A stretch of 64,000 nt of DNA from Anthoceros angustus (Eukaryota; Plantae; Anthocerotophyta), in assembly GCA_010909165.1 (NCBI GenBank), contig VJWM01000192.1:357411-421410 (forward strand), in the 5' to 3' direction. Of the stretch, positions 10,479 to 21,700 are shown one piece after another. Within the stretch, counting starts at the first letter, position 1. Every line of letters begins with the position of its first letter. Made by a program: the position numbers and the translations under genes. Below the pieces are notes generated by a model that was given only the letters and a program-made list of their open reading frames with translations, searched no databases and was not told where the DNA came from.

Positions 10479-11650
10479 TTAAGGTGAATCTTGAAAGTGC
10501 GTATGTGAAGCATTATGTACTTGGAAAAGATTATATTTGGGTCTACCTGCTGCATCTGCAATTCCCCAATGCGTCTCCACCGGATTAAAAAGATCTGGTT
10601 TTTGATTTTCATCTGTTAAACCAAAGAGAAAGACAGTCAAGTGGCGGTGTGGTCTCATAGGAGTTCCCTCTCCCCTGTTCAAGTAGTTCACAAGATTTGC
10701 GTTGTAGCGATGTGCATTCGCCACATTAGCATATTGATTACCACTAGTAGGCCATCCCGTTTCTGAAACTATAATTCTCATATGCGGGTGACCTATTTTG
10801 CTTAAAGCCGATACGGCGTAGTCAAAAGAAGCTTGAAAAGCACTAGGATAACTCTGACCTTGAACATGATTATCTTCGAAAGCCCAATTAAAGGGATAGT
10901 TAGAATTAAGAGCATAGAAAGGATATATATTAATTGAAAATGAACCATTATATTCATGGAAGAAGTTTGCTATATCTCTCATGAGGGGTAATACCTCTTC
11001 CCTGAATGCACCATTGAGAGGATCATTAGAGGGGTCAGGAGCTATCACATCACCACTAAAGGGAATCGTGAGCTTTACAGAATGTAAATTGTTCGAAGCT
11101 AAGACAGAGTGCACATTGTGAAGTGCACTCATCACTTGTGGGCCACGAGCAACAAAATCTGACAAATTTGGCAAATCTGGCTCATTGCCTAATGCAATAT
11201 GGCTGTGAACACAGAGAAAACGCTCATGAGCATACATGTTTATCAATTATTATTAAATAATGGATGCATAAACCACAAAAATATAAAAAATGTAGGTTAT
11301 ACTCACGTGATACTTGCTCCTCCATTCACATAAGGTAGGATATTTGTCCGAACCCAAGAATGAGCGAAATCTCTATCCGCCATAGCTGTTACATTCTCAT
11401 TTGAACATCCAACCATGACTTCTAGCCTTGCATGGTTTGTTAACTCGTGTAAATATGGATGATCTGGTTCAAAAAACTTGATTCTATTGAATCCATATTC
11501 ATGTATCAAATCAATACCATGTCTTGGGTTGAGTGGATGTGAGGACATCATCCCCCAATTAATACCGATCCCTTCAATTTGCGGAAAGTATGGTAATCTA
11601 CATAATAATAATAATATAAATTGTAAGAATAAAGTTCTTCTCAAAGCCAT
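10479..11650 (-). CDS. Glycoside hydrolase family 17 endo-beta-1,3-glucanase, secreted; 2 exons (11650-11307, 11202-10479)
   Basis: Signal peptide, then IGINWGMMSSHPLNP, acid/base ALGNEP, INIYPFY, nucleophile VSETGWPT and HWGI. The GTGAGT..CACAG intron joins in frame (T|HIALGNE). Confidence 0.92.
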
Positions 11651-12069
11651 GATGGAAAAAAATAATCCCTGCGTCTTTCAAGAAAAAAATCCCTTATGTC
11701 ATTTCGTACTCAAACTTTTAGATATTAAAAATTCCTAGCTTTAATCTTAGGAGTAACAACCCCTTTCTCCTAGGGGGCACACACACAACTAAAAGGCAAC
11801 AACTCACACATGAGTCAAAGGACGACTCAAAGACCATGCGTTGCAGCACCTTACCATGGGGAAAAAAATATTAAGAAGACACCACTTCTTTCTCTTCCTT
11901 CGATCTCCTTCTCAAAGCTCTCTTCCAAGTACATATATGCTAGGCTCCTACCTCTAAACTCCTTATTGCTTCGCAACAACAAGAGTGTGGAGGAAGTGAA
12001 GTGATTGTCTATGAACTACCTCAACCCCTTTTGTTGTGAGACTTTCTTTATCCCAATATAACTATTTTC

Positions 12070-12600
12070 TTGAGTCTATTTTTTTGGCTTTGTTAAACCT
12101 TAAGCAAGTTTTAATTACCATCAATATTAATTTATTAACTTCGATCCAGCTTTAAACATGTTGGCTTTCTTATACCTCAAGCAAGTCTTAAATATCACTA
12201 ATCTTCACTTACTAACTTTAATCCAAGATAATTAGCTTTCTTAAGCCTTAAGAAAGTCTTAATTATCATTATTTTTAACTTATTAACTTTAATCCAGCCT
12301 TAAATATGGTGTCTTTCTTAAATCTTAAGCAAGTCTTATCTATCACTAATCTTAAATTACTAATTTCAATTAATCCCTAAACATATTGGCTTTCTAAAGC
12401 CTTAAGCAAGAGTTAATTACTATCAATCTTGTTTTATTACTTTAATTCAGTCTTAAACACGTTGGCTTTCTTAGACCTTAAGCAAGTCTTAGTTGTCACT
12501 TATTTTCAATTACTAATTTTAGTCTAAGATACTTAATTTTCTTAAACCTAAATCCATTAAATTATTAATCTTCATTTCTTAAATCATTAATTTCAACTTA
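12070..12600 (+). repeat. Degenerate AT-rich minisatellite, ~75-bp period, ~6-7 copies
   Basis: A CTTAAGCAAGTCTTA-like core recurs at ~12099, 12176, 12247, 12323, 12401 and 12477. Confidence 0.8.
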
Positions 12601-12689
12601 ATAACTTCAATTTCTTTTAAAGCAATGGAGACTTTTTAAAAAAGAAAGATTGGAAAACCCATCTACCCGAACCGAGGGGGGACACAAGG

Positions 12690-13368
12690 GGCCAATCACC
12701 CCAGACTTCGCCAACCTCACCTCCCTCACCGAGCTCAGTCTCCGGTCAAACAATCTCAACGGCACACTCCCAACCTTCCTCTGCGACCTCCACAACCTGG
12801 TCACCCTCGATCTGACCTAGAATTTTTTCTCAGGCTCCCTCCCGGCCTGCATCGGCCGCATGCGGCAGCTGAAGCACGTGCAGCTGGGCTACAACTCTCT
12901 CGCCGGGCCCCTTCCCGCCTCCCTTTCCGCCCTGCACAAGCTCCAGGAACTATCGTGACCGACAACCAGTTCAGCGGCCGCCTTCCCAGCCTGCCCATTC
13001 CGAGCCTGAGGTTGCTCGGCCTGGACGGCAAAAACTTCGTGGGCACCATCCCGCCTCACTACGGCAGCCTCTTCTCCCTGGTGGACCCCAGGCTGGGAGG
13101 ATTGAACGTCTCTGCGGACTACGCAAACGAACCAGAGGTCGTGCTCTACAGCGACCTGGAGGGCACCATTCCCCAACAACTGGGTGCCCTGCAGAAGCTC
13201 CAGGTGCTCCACATCCGAACCAGCAACATCCACGGCGTCATCCCGCAATCCTTCAGCACTCTGGTCAATTTGGTGGACCTGGAGCTGGATCGCCTCAGCG
13301 GCCCCGTGCCCGATTTCTCTAAACTCGCCAAGCTCTAGACGGTCGAGCTTGAGAACAATCTGTTTTGA
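12690..13368 (+). pseudogene. 5'-truncated, frameshifted paralogue of the LRR gene at 15045
   Basis: Colinear DNA similarity to ~15570-16247 (TDNQFSG..GGLNVSA..EPEVVLYS..). It has the same terminal AACAATCTGTT(T/C)TGA stop and a similar 3' flank. Confidence 0.85.
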
Positions 13369-14007
13369 AGTGTAGTAAGCGGGCTAGTGGGAATGGAAAA
13401 CCTCGTGCTGGTTCAGGAATGCTTTGCATGTATTGTATGTACGTTTGGGTTCACTGGTACCGCCTTTGCACGGTACCCGACTGTGAACTTGTGAAGGAAT
13501 TCCCGTCTTGGATTAGATATAACAATAAACTGAATTTTTGGAAGTGTTGTTTGATTGCTGAGGTGAACCTTTGCTGAACAGCACCATCACAAAGGATTTT
13601 GCTGGATAACCTCAGGTCTCGGCAACCAGGCATCTGCCGGTGGGTGCGTATCTGGCAGAAGGCTTGAACTCTAGTTGGAAGGATGCCGTCGCGGGAGTGG
13701 AGTTTGGAGTCTGTAGCTGGTCCTTCTTCTTTTCTGTACCTATCAGTCAGATTGAACACGAGGTGCTTGAGGAAGAACGTAAACTAGTTTCTGACACAGT
13801 GGTATTTGGCAGAGTGACGGGGTCCTCTCCCTTTGTTGAGTGTGGATAAGGCAGGTGGTCAAAGTTCTGGTCCTCTGACTCCTCCAGTGTTCCACTTGAG
13901 ACGTAGTTGCAGGATAGGCAGGCGACTTTTGTCAAGTGCGGAAGGCTGCTGAACCCAACCGGGTACGTATTGAGTGACACGCCGGGGGAAATGTCTGTGG
14001 CTGAAGA

Positions 14008-15453
14008 GCCCTGGGTATCCGGTCGGCTTTGGCTACCAGAGTGCGTCCGAATTGGTTGAGGTGCGGCAATGCCCCCATGTTTTTTGTAATGTATGTAATA
14101 TTCGATGAGAGAGATGCAGGCCTACGACTTTGGTCAAGTGCGGAATCCATGAAGCCAGCCAGGTAGTTTAAAGGTAGAAGGCCAGCCTGGTCTTGAGTGA
14201 CATGCGGAGGAAGATGTCCGTGGCTGAAGGGTATGTAAGGGCCAGGGCCTGAGGATGAAACGCAGATCAAGCTGATTTGAATTATCCTTCACAGTGTCAA
14301 TGGCTTTGCACGCGGCTGGCAAGGGATGAGTGAGAAATTGATGGCACGGGAGAGGGCACATTCGGTGGAGATGGGGCAGCTGGTAATGCCAAGGCGACTG
14401 GCATTGGCCATTTGTTGGCTGTTTGTTGTGCAGCTCTGTGTGAACGTCGCCTCGGCCTGCAACCCAAGCGACCGAGCTGCATTGCTGGCCTTCAAGGCGG
14501 AACTATTTGACAGCTTGGGGACGCTGGACTCGTGGGTGGAAGGCGGGGACTGCTGCAATTTCTACGCTGTCACCTGCAACAAGCAAGGCAGGGTGGTGAA
14601 CCTCACCATCGTGGTGCCGGAGCTCGGGGAGGACTGCGACGGGGTCTACGATATCTGCGAAGTTGTGCAGCGCACGGACAACAGCTCGACCCACAACTTG
14701 CTGGGCAGGACCATCTCCAAACTCTCCGCCCTGGGTATCCGGTCGGCTTTGGCTACCAGAGTGCGTCCGAATTGGTTGAGGTGCGGCAATGCCCCATGTT
14801 TTTTGTAATGTATGTAATATTCGATGAGAGAGATGCAGGCCTACGACTTTGGTCAAGTGCGGAATCCATGAAGCCAGCCAGGTAGTTTAAAGGTAGAAGG
14901 CCAGCCTGGTCTTGAGTGACATGCGGAGGAAGATGTCCGTGGCTGAAGGGTATGTAAGGGCCAGGGCCTGAGGATGAAACGCAGATCAAGCTGATTTGAA
15001 TTATCCTTCACAGTGTCAATGGCTTTGCACGCGGCTGGCAAGGGATGAGTGAGAAATTGATGGCACGGGAGAGGGCACATTCGGTGGAGATGGGGCAGCT
15101 GGTAATGCCAAGGCGACTGGCATTGGCCATTTGTTGGCTGTTTGTTGTGCAGCTCTGTGTGAACGTCGCCTCGGCCTGCAACCCAAGCGACCGAGCTGCA
15201 TTGCTGGCCTTCAAGGCGGAACTATTTGACAGCTTGGGGACGCTGGACTCGTGGGTGGAAGGCGGGGACTGCTGCAATTTCTACGCTGTCACCTGCAACA
15301 AGCAAGGCAGGGTGGTGAACCTCACCATCGTGGTGCCGGAGCTCGGGGAGGACTGCGACGGGGTCTACGATATCTGCGAAGTTGTGCAGCGCACGGACAA
15401 CAGCTCGACCCACAACTTGCTGGGCAGGACCATCTCCAAACTCTCCGCCCTGG
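14008..15453 (+). repeat. ~719-bp near-perfect tandem duplication of the LRR promoter and 5' CDS
   Basis: GCCCTGG occurs at 14008, 14728 and 15447. Only one homopolymer indel was noticed between the copies. The first copy gives truncated ORF 14326-14808. Confidence 0.93.
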
Positions 15454-16247
15454 AGGTGCTCTCCCTGACGAACTTTCTCTTCTTTGAGTCCCTGCCCACG
15501 GGGCTGGGTAAACTCAAGAATCTCAAGGTCCTGCGCCTGGAGGAGGCTCTCTTCTCGGGGCCACTCCCCCCAGACTTCGCCAACCTCACCTCCCTCACCG
15601 AGCTCAGTCTCCGGGTGAACGATCTCAACGGCCCCCTCCCAGCCTTCCTCTGCGACCTCCACAACCTGGTGAGGATCGATCTGTCCCACACTTCTTTCGC
15701 AGGCCCCCTCCCGGCTTGCATCGGCCGCCTGCGGCAGCTGGAGCACCTGCAGCTGGCCTACAGCTCTCTCACCGGCCGCCTTCCTGCCTCCCTTTCCGCC
15801 CTGCGCAAGCTCCAGGAACTGAATGTGACCGACAACCAGTTCAGCGGTCCCCTTCCCAGACTGGCCAAATTTCCGAGCCTGAGGTTGCTCGGCCTGGACG
15901 GCAATAAATTTGTGGGCACCATCCCACCGCACTACGGCAACCTCTCGTCCCTAGTGGACTTCCGTCTGGGAGGATTGAACGTCTCTGCGGAGTCCGCAAA
16001 CGAACCAGAGGTCGTGCTCTACAGCAAGCTGAAGGGCACCATTCCCCAACAACTGGGTGCCCTGCAGAAGCTCCAGGTGCTTCACATCCGAGCCAGCAAC
16101 ATCCACGGCGTCATCCCGCAATCCTTCAGCACCTTGGTCAAATTGGTGGATTTGGAGCTGGATCGCAACCGCCTCAGCGGCCCGGTCCCCGACTTCTCCA
16201 AGCTCACCAAGCTCCAGACGCTCCAGCTTGAGGACAATCTGTTCTGA
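15045..16247 (+). CDS. Secreted extracellular leucine-rich-repeat protein (PGIP-like), intronless; true start may be a downstream Met (~15090-15105)
   Basis: Signal peptide, LRRNT cap (CNPSDRAALLAFK..SW..GGDCC..VTC) and ~9-10 plant LRRs (LxxLxLSxNxLSGxLP). No transmembrane or kinase domain. Confidence 0.9.
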   Translation: MSEKLMARERAHSVEMGQLVMPRRLALAICWLFVVQLCVNVASACNPSDRAALLAFKAELFDSLGTLDSWVEGGDCCNFYAVTCNKQGRVVNLTIVVPELGEDCDGVYDICEVVQRTDNSSTHNLLGRTISKLSALEVLSLTNFLFFESLPTGLGKLKNLKVLRLEEALFSGPLPPDFANLTSLTELSLRVNDLNGPLPAFLCDLHNLVRIDLSHTSFAGPLPACIGRLRQLEHLQLAYSSLTGRLPASLSALRKLQELNVTDNQFSGPLPRLAKFPSLRLLGLDGNKFVGTIPPHYGNLSSLVDFRLGGLNVSAESANEPEVVLYSKLKGTIPQQLGALQKLQVLHIRASNIHGVIPQSFSTLVKLVDLELDRNRLSGPVPDFSKLTKLQTLQLEDNLF

Positions 16248-16749
16248 AGCTTAGGAAGGGTGCCAGTGGGAATGAAAAAACTCGTGCTGGTTCAGGAATG
16301 CACTGTATGCATTGTATGTATGTTTTGGCACACCGGTACCGTCTTTGCACGGTACCCGACTGTGACCTTGTGAAGAAATCCCGGTCTGGGGCCAAGATAT
16401 AAGGAAAGACTGAACTGTTGGAAGTGCCGGTCCACCTCCAAGGTCCCTGCGTTGTGCCTACCTTCATCATCCACAAAGACGACAGAGGGATCCGGAGCAT
16501 CATCATGTTTCCTATGCATGTGTGCTTCACGCCCCTGACTGATCTTTGAGCTTTCATGGTGGGATTTCAAGAGAAAGATTAGCTGCTAGGAAAGGTGGCT
16601 GCAGAGTTCATGGGGGGTCCAAGCCATCCGGCATATGTGCAGTGTCAGCGTGGGTGCAGGCCGGCAGTACGGGCGCTATGGCAGATCCAAGAACTTGCTT
16701 GCGAGACACAACGTCTCACTGGAAGCCAGAACGTCTCTGCGCCTGGATG

Positions 16750-17350
16750 CTCTGGAAGAGCCATTTTTGCCCATGGTCTCCACTTTTGCAGATTTCTTGG
16801 GATGTAAAGGGCGAGACAGGAGACGCAGTTTCCAAAATACCAGTCGCCACCTCACAATTCTTGATACATACTTGGTCTGAACATTGACATGGTTATAAAA
16901 TGTGACAGCTTGGAGGATGCTCGCAGAGACGTTTGACAGTTTGGGCCACAAGAGATGTGGTTTCTACGGACTACTTCGATTTCCACTGACTGTCAGCATG
17001 GACTTGGTGTAGAATCTCTTCATTTGTATACAAGAATGCAGCAGGAAGGCATCTGCCCTGCAGATAAAACCACATTTGCCTGCCTTTGAAACGCGTGTGC
17101 TAGCATTGGAGCTCTACATGAGGGAATGAACCTTCATTGGCAGATAGAGTTCTAGACCAAGTCTGGAAGCTGACATTGTCATTGGCAACGCACTTGTGGA
17201 TACCTATGGGAAATGTGGGAGCATTGGCAATGCTCGCCGAGTGTTTTATGATCTACCTTCAAGACATGTTGTGCCGTAGAATTCAATGCTTGTGGGGTAC
17301 GCTGAGCACGGTTTTCCCAAGAATCCCTTTCTCTCCATGCAAGTATGCAG
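16750..17350 (+). pseudogene. PLS-class pentatricopeptide repeat (PPR) gene remnant
   Basis: A frame at ~17160-17335 reads LEADIVIGNALVDTYGKCGSIGNARRVFYDLPSRHVVP*NSMLVGYAEHG, a typical PLS PPR motif. More degenerate motifs lie upstream. Confidence 0.75.
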
Positions 17351-18084
17351 CAAGAGGGCATAACTTGCGCTGACATGTTACTTTTATGTCTCTTGTATGA
17401 CCTTATTCGGAAGGATAATTCAATAGATATTAAAATAATAAAATTAATCAAGAACATAAATGAAAGATTTTGATAAGGTAGAAGTTATGCAATTATATTT
17501 TCATCACTTAGAAGACAAGTATAACTCAATAAATTCTTTTTCAGGTGCTAAAGAGGTTTCACTTCACAACAAGCAAGGCAAGTCAATGATCTTTTGAATC
17601 ATGAGAAATGATCTTTTGAATCATGAGAATTGACTCACTGGCAGAGCCAATGTGTGAGCTGGCCCACACAAGTTTAGGTTTACGGTTTAGGATTTATGGT
17701 TTAGGATCTATGTTAAAGTTTACTTAGTTATAATCAAGGCTTGATTAGAGCTTGAGCTTAAGAAACCAACGATGAAGGGAGTGATAATTAAGGCTTACTA
17801 AGGGCTTAACCCCTAAACGACAGAGCCTGTTTTCTGGGTTTTTGACTGAACTTTATCAGGGATTCTTGGCAAGGCCATGGATATCCTCACAATAAATCAT
17901 TATAATCGGAGGTCAAGAGTATGCCCATTCGAATTTACATACAGACGATTCGGCCATTCACAATATGGCCCTTCATTCGCATGTAGTCTGGCCTTAGTTC
18001 AGGGCATCTTTTAGGAATCTCACCTCTGTGCCCATTGTGGATGAGGAAAGAACTGTGGACTCCCCCTCAGGAAGGTAATAGGCG

Positions 18085-18765
18085 TGTTTTTTTTTTTCTT
18101 CTTTAGTGTGTGGCGTGGGAAATAAGGCGGAAAAAGGGGAAATAAGGACGAATGGGCTGGATTACGACGGACAAGAAGGGCTGAAGAAGGGATCCGTGTC
18201 GGACAATGTCGGGAACTCCGGAGTAGGCTACAAGGAACTCCGGATTAAACTCAGGAGCGGACCAAGGTAAGTCCGGTGGAGAAGGAGCGGGACGTAACAG
18301 GCAAGCGGGACACGTGGACGGTACCGAGTGGAAGAGTGACATGCAGCGGACCAAGACCGCAGAGTTGTCAGCAGCCGTTATAGGCAGGTAACCATGACCC
18401 AAGGACATGCACCAAAAAGGCGGCGGGCGTGAAGTTGAAGTACACGATGCAGGACTCTGGCAGTTTCTAGCAGCAAAAGGAAGTCTTCCTGCGCATCAAT
18501 TACGCCCAAGGCCCCGGCGCTGAGAGAAGACCATTTTCCCGGTCGACTTCTCGGCAGTTCGTGCAGTCGCTCGAGTTGAGACACCCCGCTCTTTGGCGCT
18601 TTCTCTTCCGACGTTCGAGCGCAACGCCAGGTGACCTTCATCTTCTTTCGGCATGTCGATTCCTCCGCAGCTCAGGAGCCTCGCAAAGAGTGTCACAGCC
18701 CTCCATACCTCGGCCAGGCGGCGGGGCGCACACACGGGGTGGCGATATAGCAAACAAGCGCTTGT
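18085..18765 (+). mobile_element. Head of an unclassified T-tract-ended repeat family; homologous to 52170-51500 (minus). Likely continues at 26294-26890 beyond the Copia insertion
   Basis: T-run then GTGTGGxGTGxGAAATAAG..GGAAATAAGG. Long colinear matches to the reverse complement of 51500-52170, for example CGACTTC.CGGCAGTT..GCAGTC..AGACACCC.GCTCT.TGGCGCT. Confidence 0.7.
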
Positions 18766-21700
18766 TGTTTATTTTGCGAGGAGCGAAAAACAGACTTTGT
18801 AAAATGATAAAACAAAAAGTGTGTGTCCAAAAAGTACATATGGCCTCACTATATATGTAACTCAAAAACGGTTCACATGACGAACCCTAACTAGCCGCAC
18901 CCTTTTATATTTAACACTCCCTCTAAAGGTAAGCTAGGTTAGGTTAAACGCGTTCACACCGCTCTGAAAACGTTACGCCCGACTTCACGCTGTCAGTGTA
19001 CCAGTACGCGCGAGCCTAGCGTAAACTCCCGTCGCCATAAGAATCCTCCAGACTATCCTCTTTACCATTTCTGTACTCAGCTTCGTTTGCGTCTTCATCC
19101 TCGAGCACTACTCCACGCAGATAACTGAAAGCATGAGAACTCGAAGGGGAACGAGCTACGAGTGCCCTGAAGTGTATTAGAGAAGGAAAAAAGGAAGGAG
19201 AATCCATGAGAAGGATTCGTGTCATGAATCACCACTGTGGACACCATGTCCCATTGAACAACCGGTAGCTGCGTGTCATCCTTCGCCACTAAACATGGTC
19301 CTTTGCCGGGGTCGAGGCGAAAGGACGGAGGAGCAAGAGCATCCAACGGGGATGCGCTACTCCATACATGCGGCCCCAATCTTGGCTACCAAGCTAAAGA
19401 TGGCCATGGAAAGAATAACAGAGCTGGAGCTTATGCTGGCTGACGGCAGGGCACCACCGCCGGGTGACAAAGAGCAGGATGTGAAGCCTGCTATATGAGA
19501 GAAGTATCGCGTTGCCAGGAGATTAGGTCTTAAGGTAAGCTTCATCCTCCCTGCAAGGCTATCCATCTCCCTCTTTCGTTTCACTAACAGGAAATGTGTG
19601 CAGTGTCAGCAGCTCTTGTGTGCCTCCAAGGAAGACTGAGGGCACAACACAATTCCCAAGGGAACCTTCGGGTTCCCACCCCACCCCACCACAGATAAGT
19701 TATCCGAAATACTTGGTATAGTCGTCCAGGCCTAGCCCTGAAAGATGTTGGTAGTGTTTATGCTTTGCCAATCCTTTCGTTAGCACATCTGCGACGTTAG
19801 AATCTGTGTGCACATAACCCACCTTCACGACTCCGCGCCCCACCACATCTCTAATGTAGTGATGTTGAATTTCTATATGCTTAGTGCGGGCGTGAAAACG
19901 TGGATTAGCGACAAGGGCTAAGGCTGACATGTTATCACACATGATAGGGGTAGGTGTCTGGGTCTGGTCGAGGTCATGAAGGAAGGTCCTTTCCCATTCA
20001 CCTCCTTTGAAGCATCATCAATGATTTGTACTGCTTACATGGAAGGCAGGCTATGGAAGATTGCTTCTTACACGACCAATTCACAGCAGCGGAAGATAAC
20101 AGGAAGTAGTATGTGGAGAGACTTTTTCGAATCGACGCCACGAAGATTGAACCCCTAAGGTAAGTTTCACTGCCTAGTCCTTCGATAGAAGAGTCCATAA
20201 TTGTGGGTTCCTTTGAGATAGCGGAAAATCCGCTTGAGAGCCCAATGTGTTCTTCCCGGATTCTCCGAAATTGTGATACTGCTTACAGATCGGATATCCG
20301 CCTTGTCCAGCTAAGAAGATTAGACCGCCGATCGATGTCTCAGAGGGGACATCCTTCATGTCCTTAATTTCTTCCTGGGATTGTGGGCACTGGAGACTGG
20401 TAAGTTTCACGCCCATAGCGAAAGGAGTAGTCGAGGGTCTAGCTTCGTCAAGTTTGAACTTGTGCAAAATGTCATTGATATATTTATGCTGGTGAACTAT
20501 CAGCAGCCCTTCCTCTCGCACTTAAGATTTGAACTCCCAACAAGATTTAAGTTCTCCGATGTCTTTCATCTCGAACTTGGTACTTAGCTTATGCTTAACA
20601 TCGCCAACAGAGTGTTATCGGCAAGAATGACATCACAACATATAGGCTAATATGACGAAGCCGCTTCCTTGACTGAGTCGGTAAACATTAGAGTCTGCTG
20701 TGCTTTGGACAAAGGATATACTGAGCAGGAAAATATGCATAGTGATATACCATATTCGGCCACTTTGTTTTAGTCCATATATACTTTGTTTTAACTTGAG
20801 CAGTTTAAGCACTTTGGTGGGATGTTCAGGATCTTCATATCCTTCAGGCTGTGCCATATACAGGTCTTCATCCAGGTCTCCATAGAGGAAGGCCGTGCAC
20901 ACATCCATTTGCTGTAAGTCAAGGTTCAACTCTGTTGCAAGAGCCAGCAGTATGCGAATGGATTGTGCTCGAACAACTGGTGAATGTTTCCTGGTAATCT
21001 AGGCCCTCAACCTGGGTAAATCCTCTTGCCACCAGTCTGGCTTTGTATCTGGCAATCTCCCCTTTGGCATTGAGTTTAAGTTTAAAAACCCACTTACAAG
21101 AGATGGCTTTGCGTCTAGGTGGGAGGTCAGCGATTTGCCAGGTCTTGTTCTTGAGCAAAGATTGGTATTCATCCTCCACTGCTACCTGCCACTTGGAGCA
21201 ATCTGGGCCATGGAGGGCTTCCTTGTATGATAGGGGTTCCTCGGCAGGGAGGATATTCTGTAGCACCAAAAACTGCCAAGACGTTCGAAAATCGATGGAT
21301 TGATAATAGGGTTCTAACCACTGGTCTGGAGGTGGCCTATGGCGTGTGGAACGTCAGAGGTTGGTTCAGGATCAGAGTCAGGTTCTGAATGCTGAACAGG
21401 GTCCGGTGACATCCTCCTCATCAGCCGAATTTGAACTATCATTTGCAGTGAGATCATCTGTTGGTTCACCCGGGTCTACTGTAGGGTGAGGGTCAACAAC
21501 AGGGGGAGCCTCTACTGAGTCATCTACATTTGCAAATGGAAGGTTAGGGGGTTCTTCTACGTCATCTGTAGGGAAGGTGACAGTATCAAAGCTTTCATTT
21601 GCATCTACTCCCTCTAAGGGGTTAGAGGGTGTGGGGTTGGTAGTCAGTGTGCAAGGTTCTATGAAGGTGACACTGCGGGCAAGGACTAATGATTGAGTGT

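Noticed and set aside
18378-18753. Minus-strand frames as the restriction-like endonuclease end of a LINE with poly(A) at 18086
   Set aside because: The DNA aligns colinearly with the non-coding head of the 47393-52170 element, and no PD-(D/E)xK motif was found.
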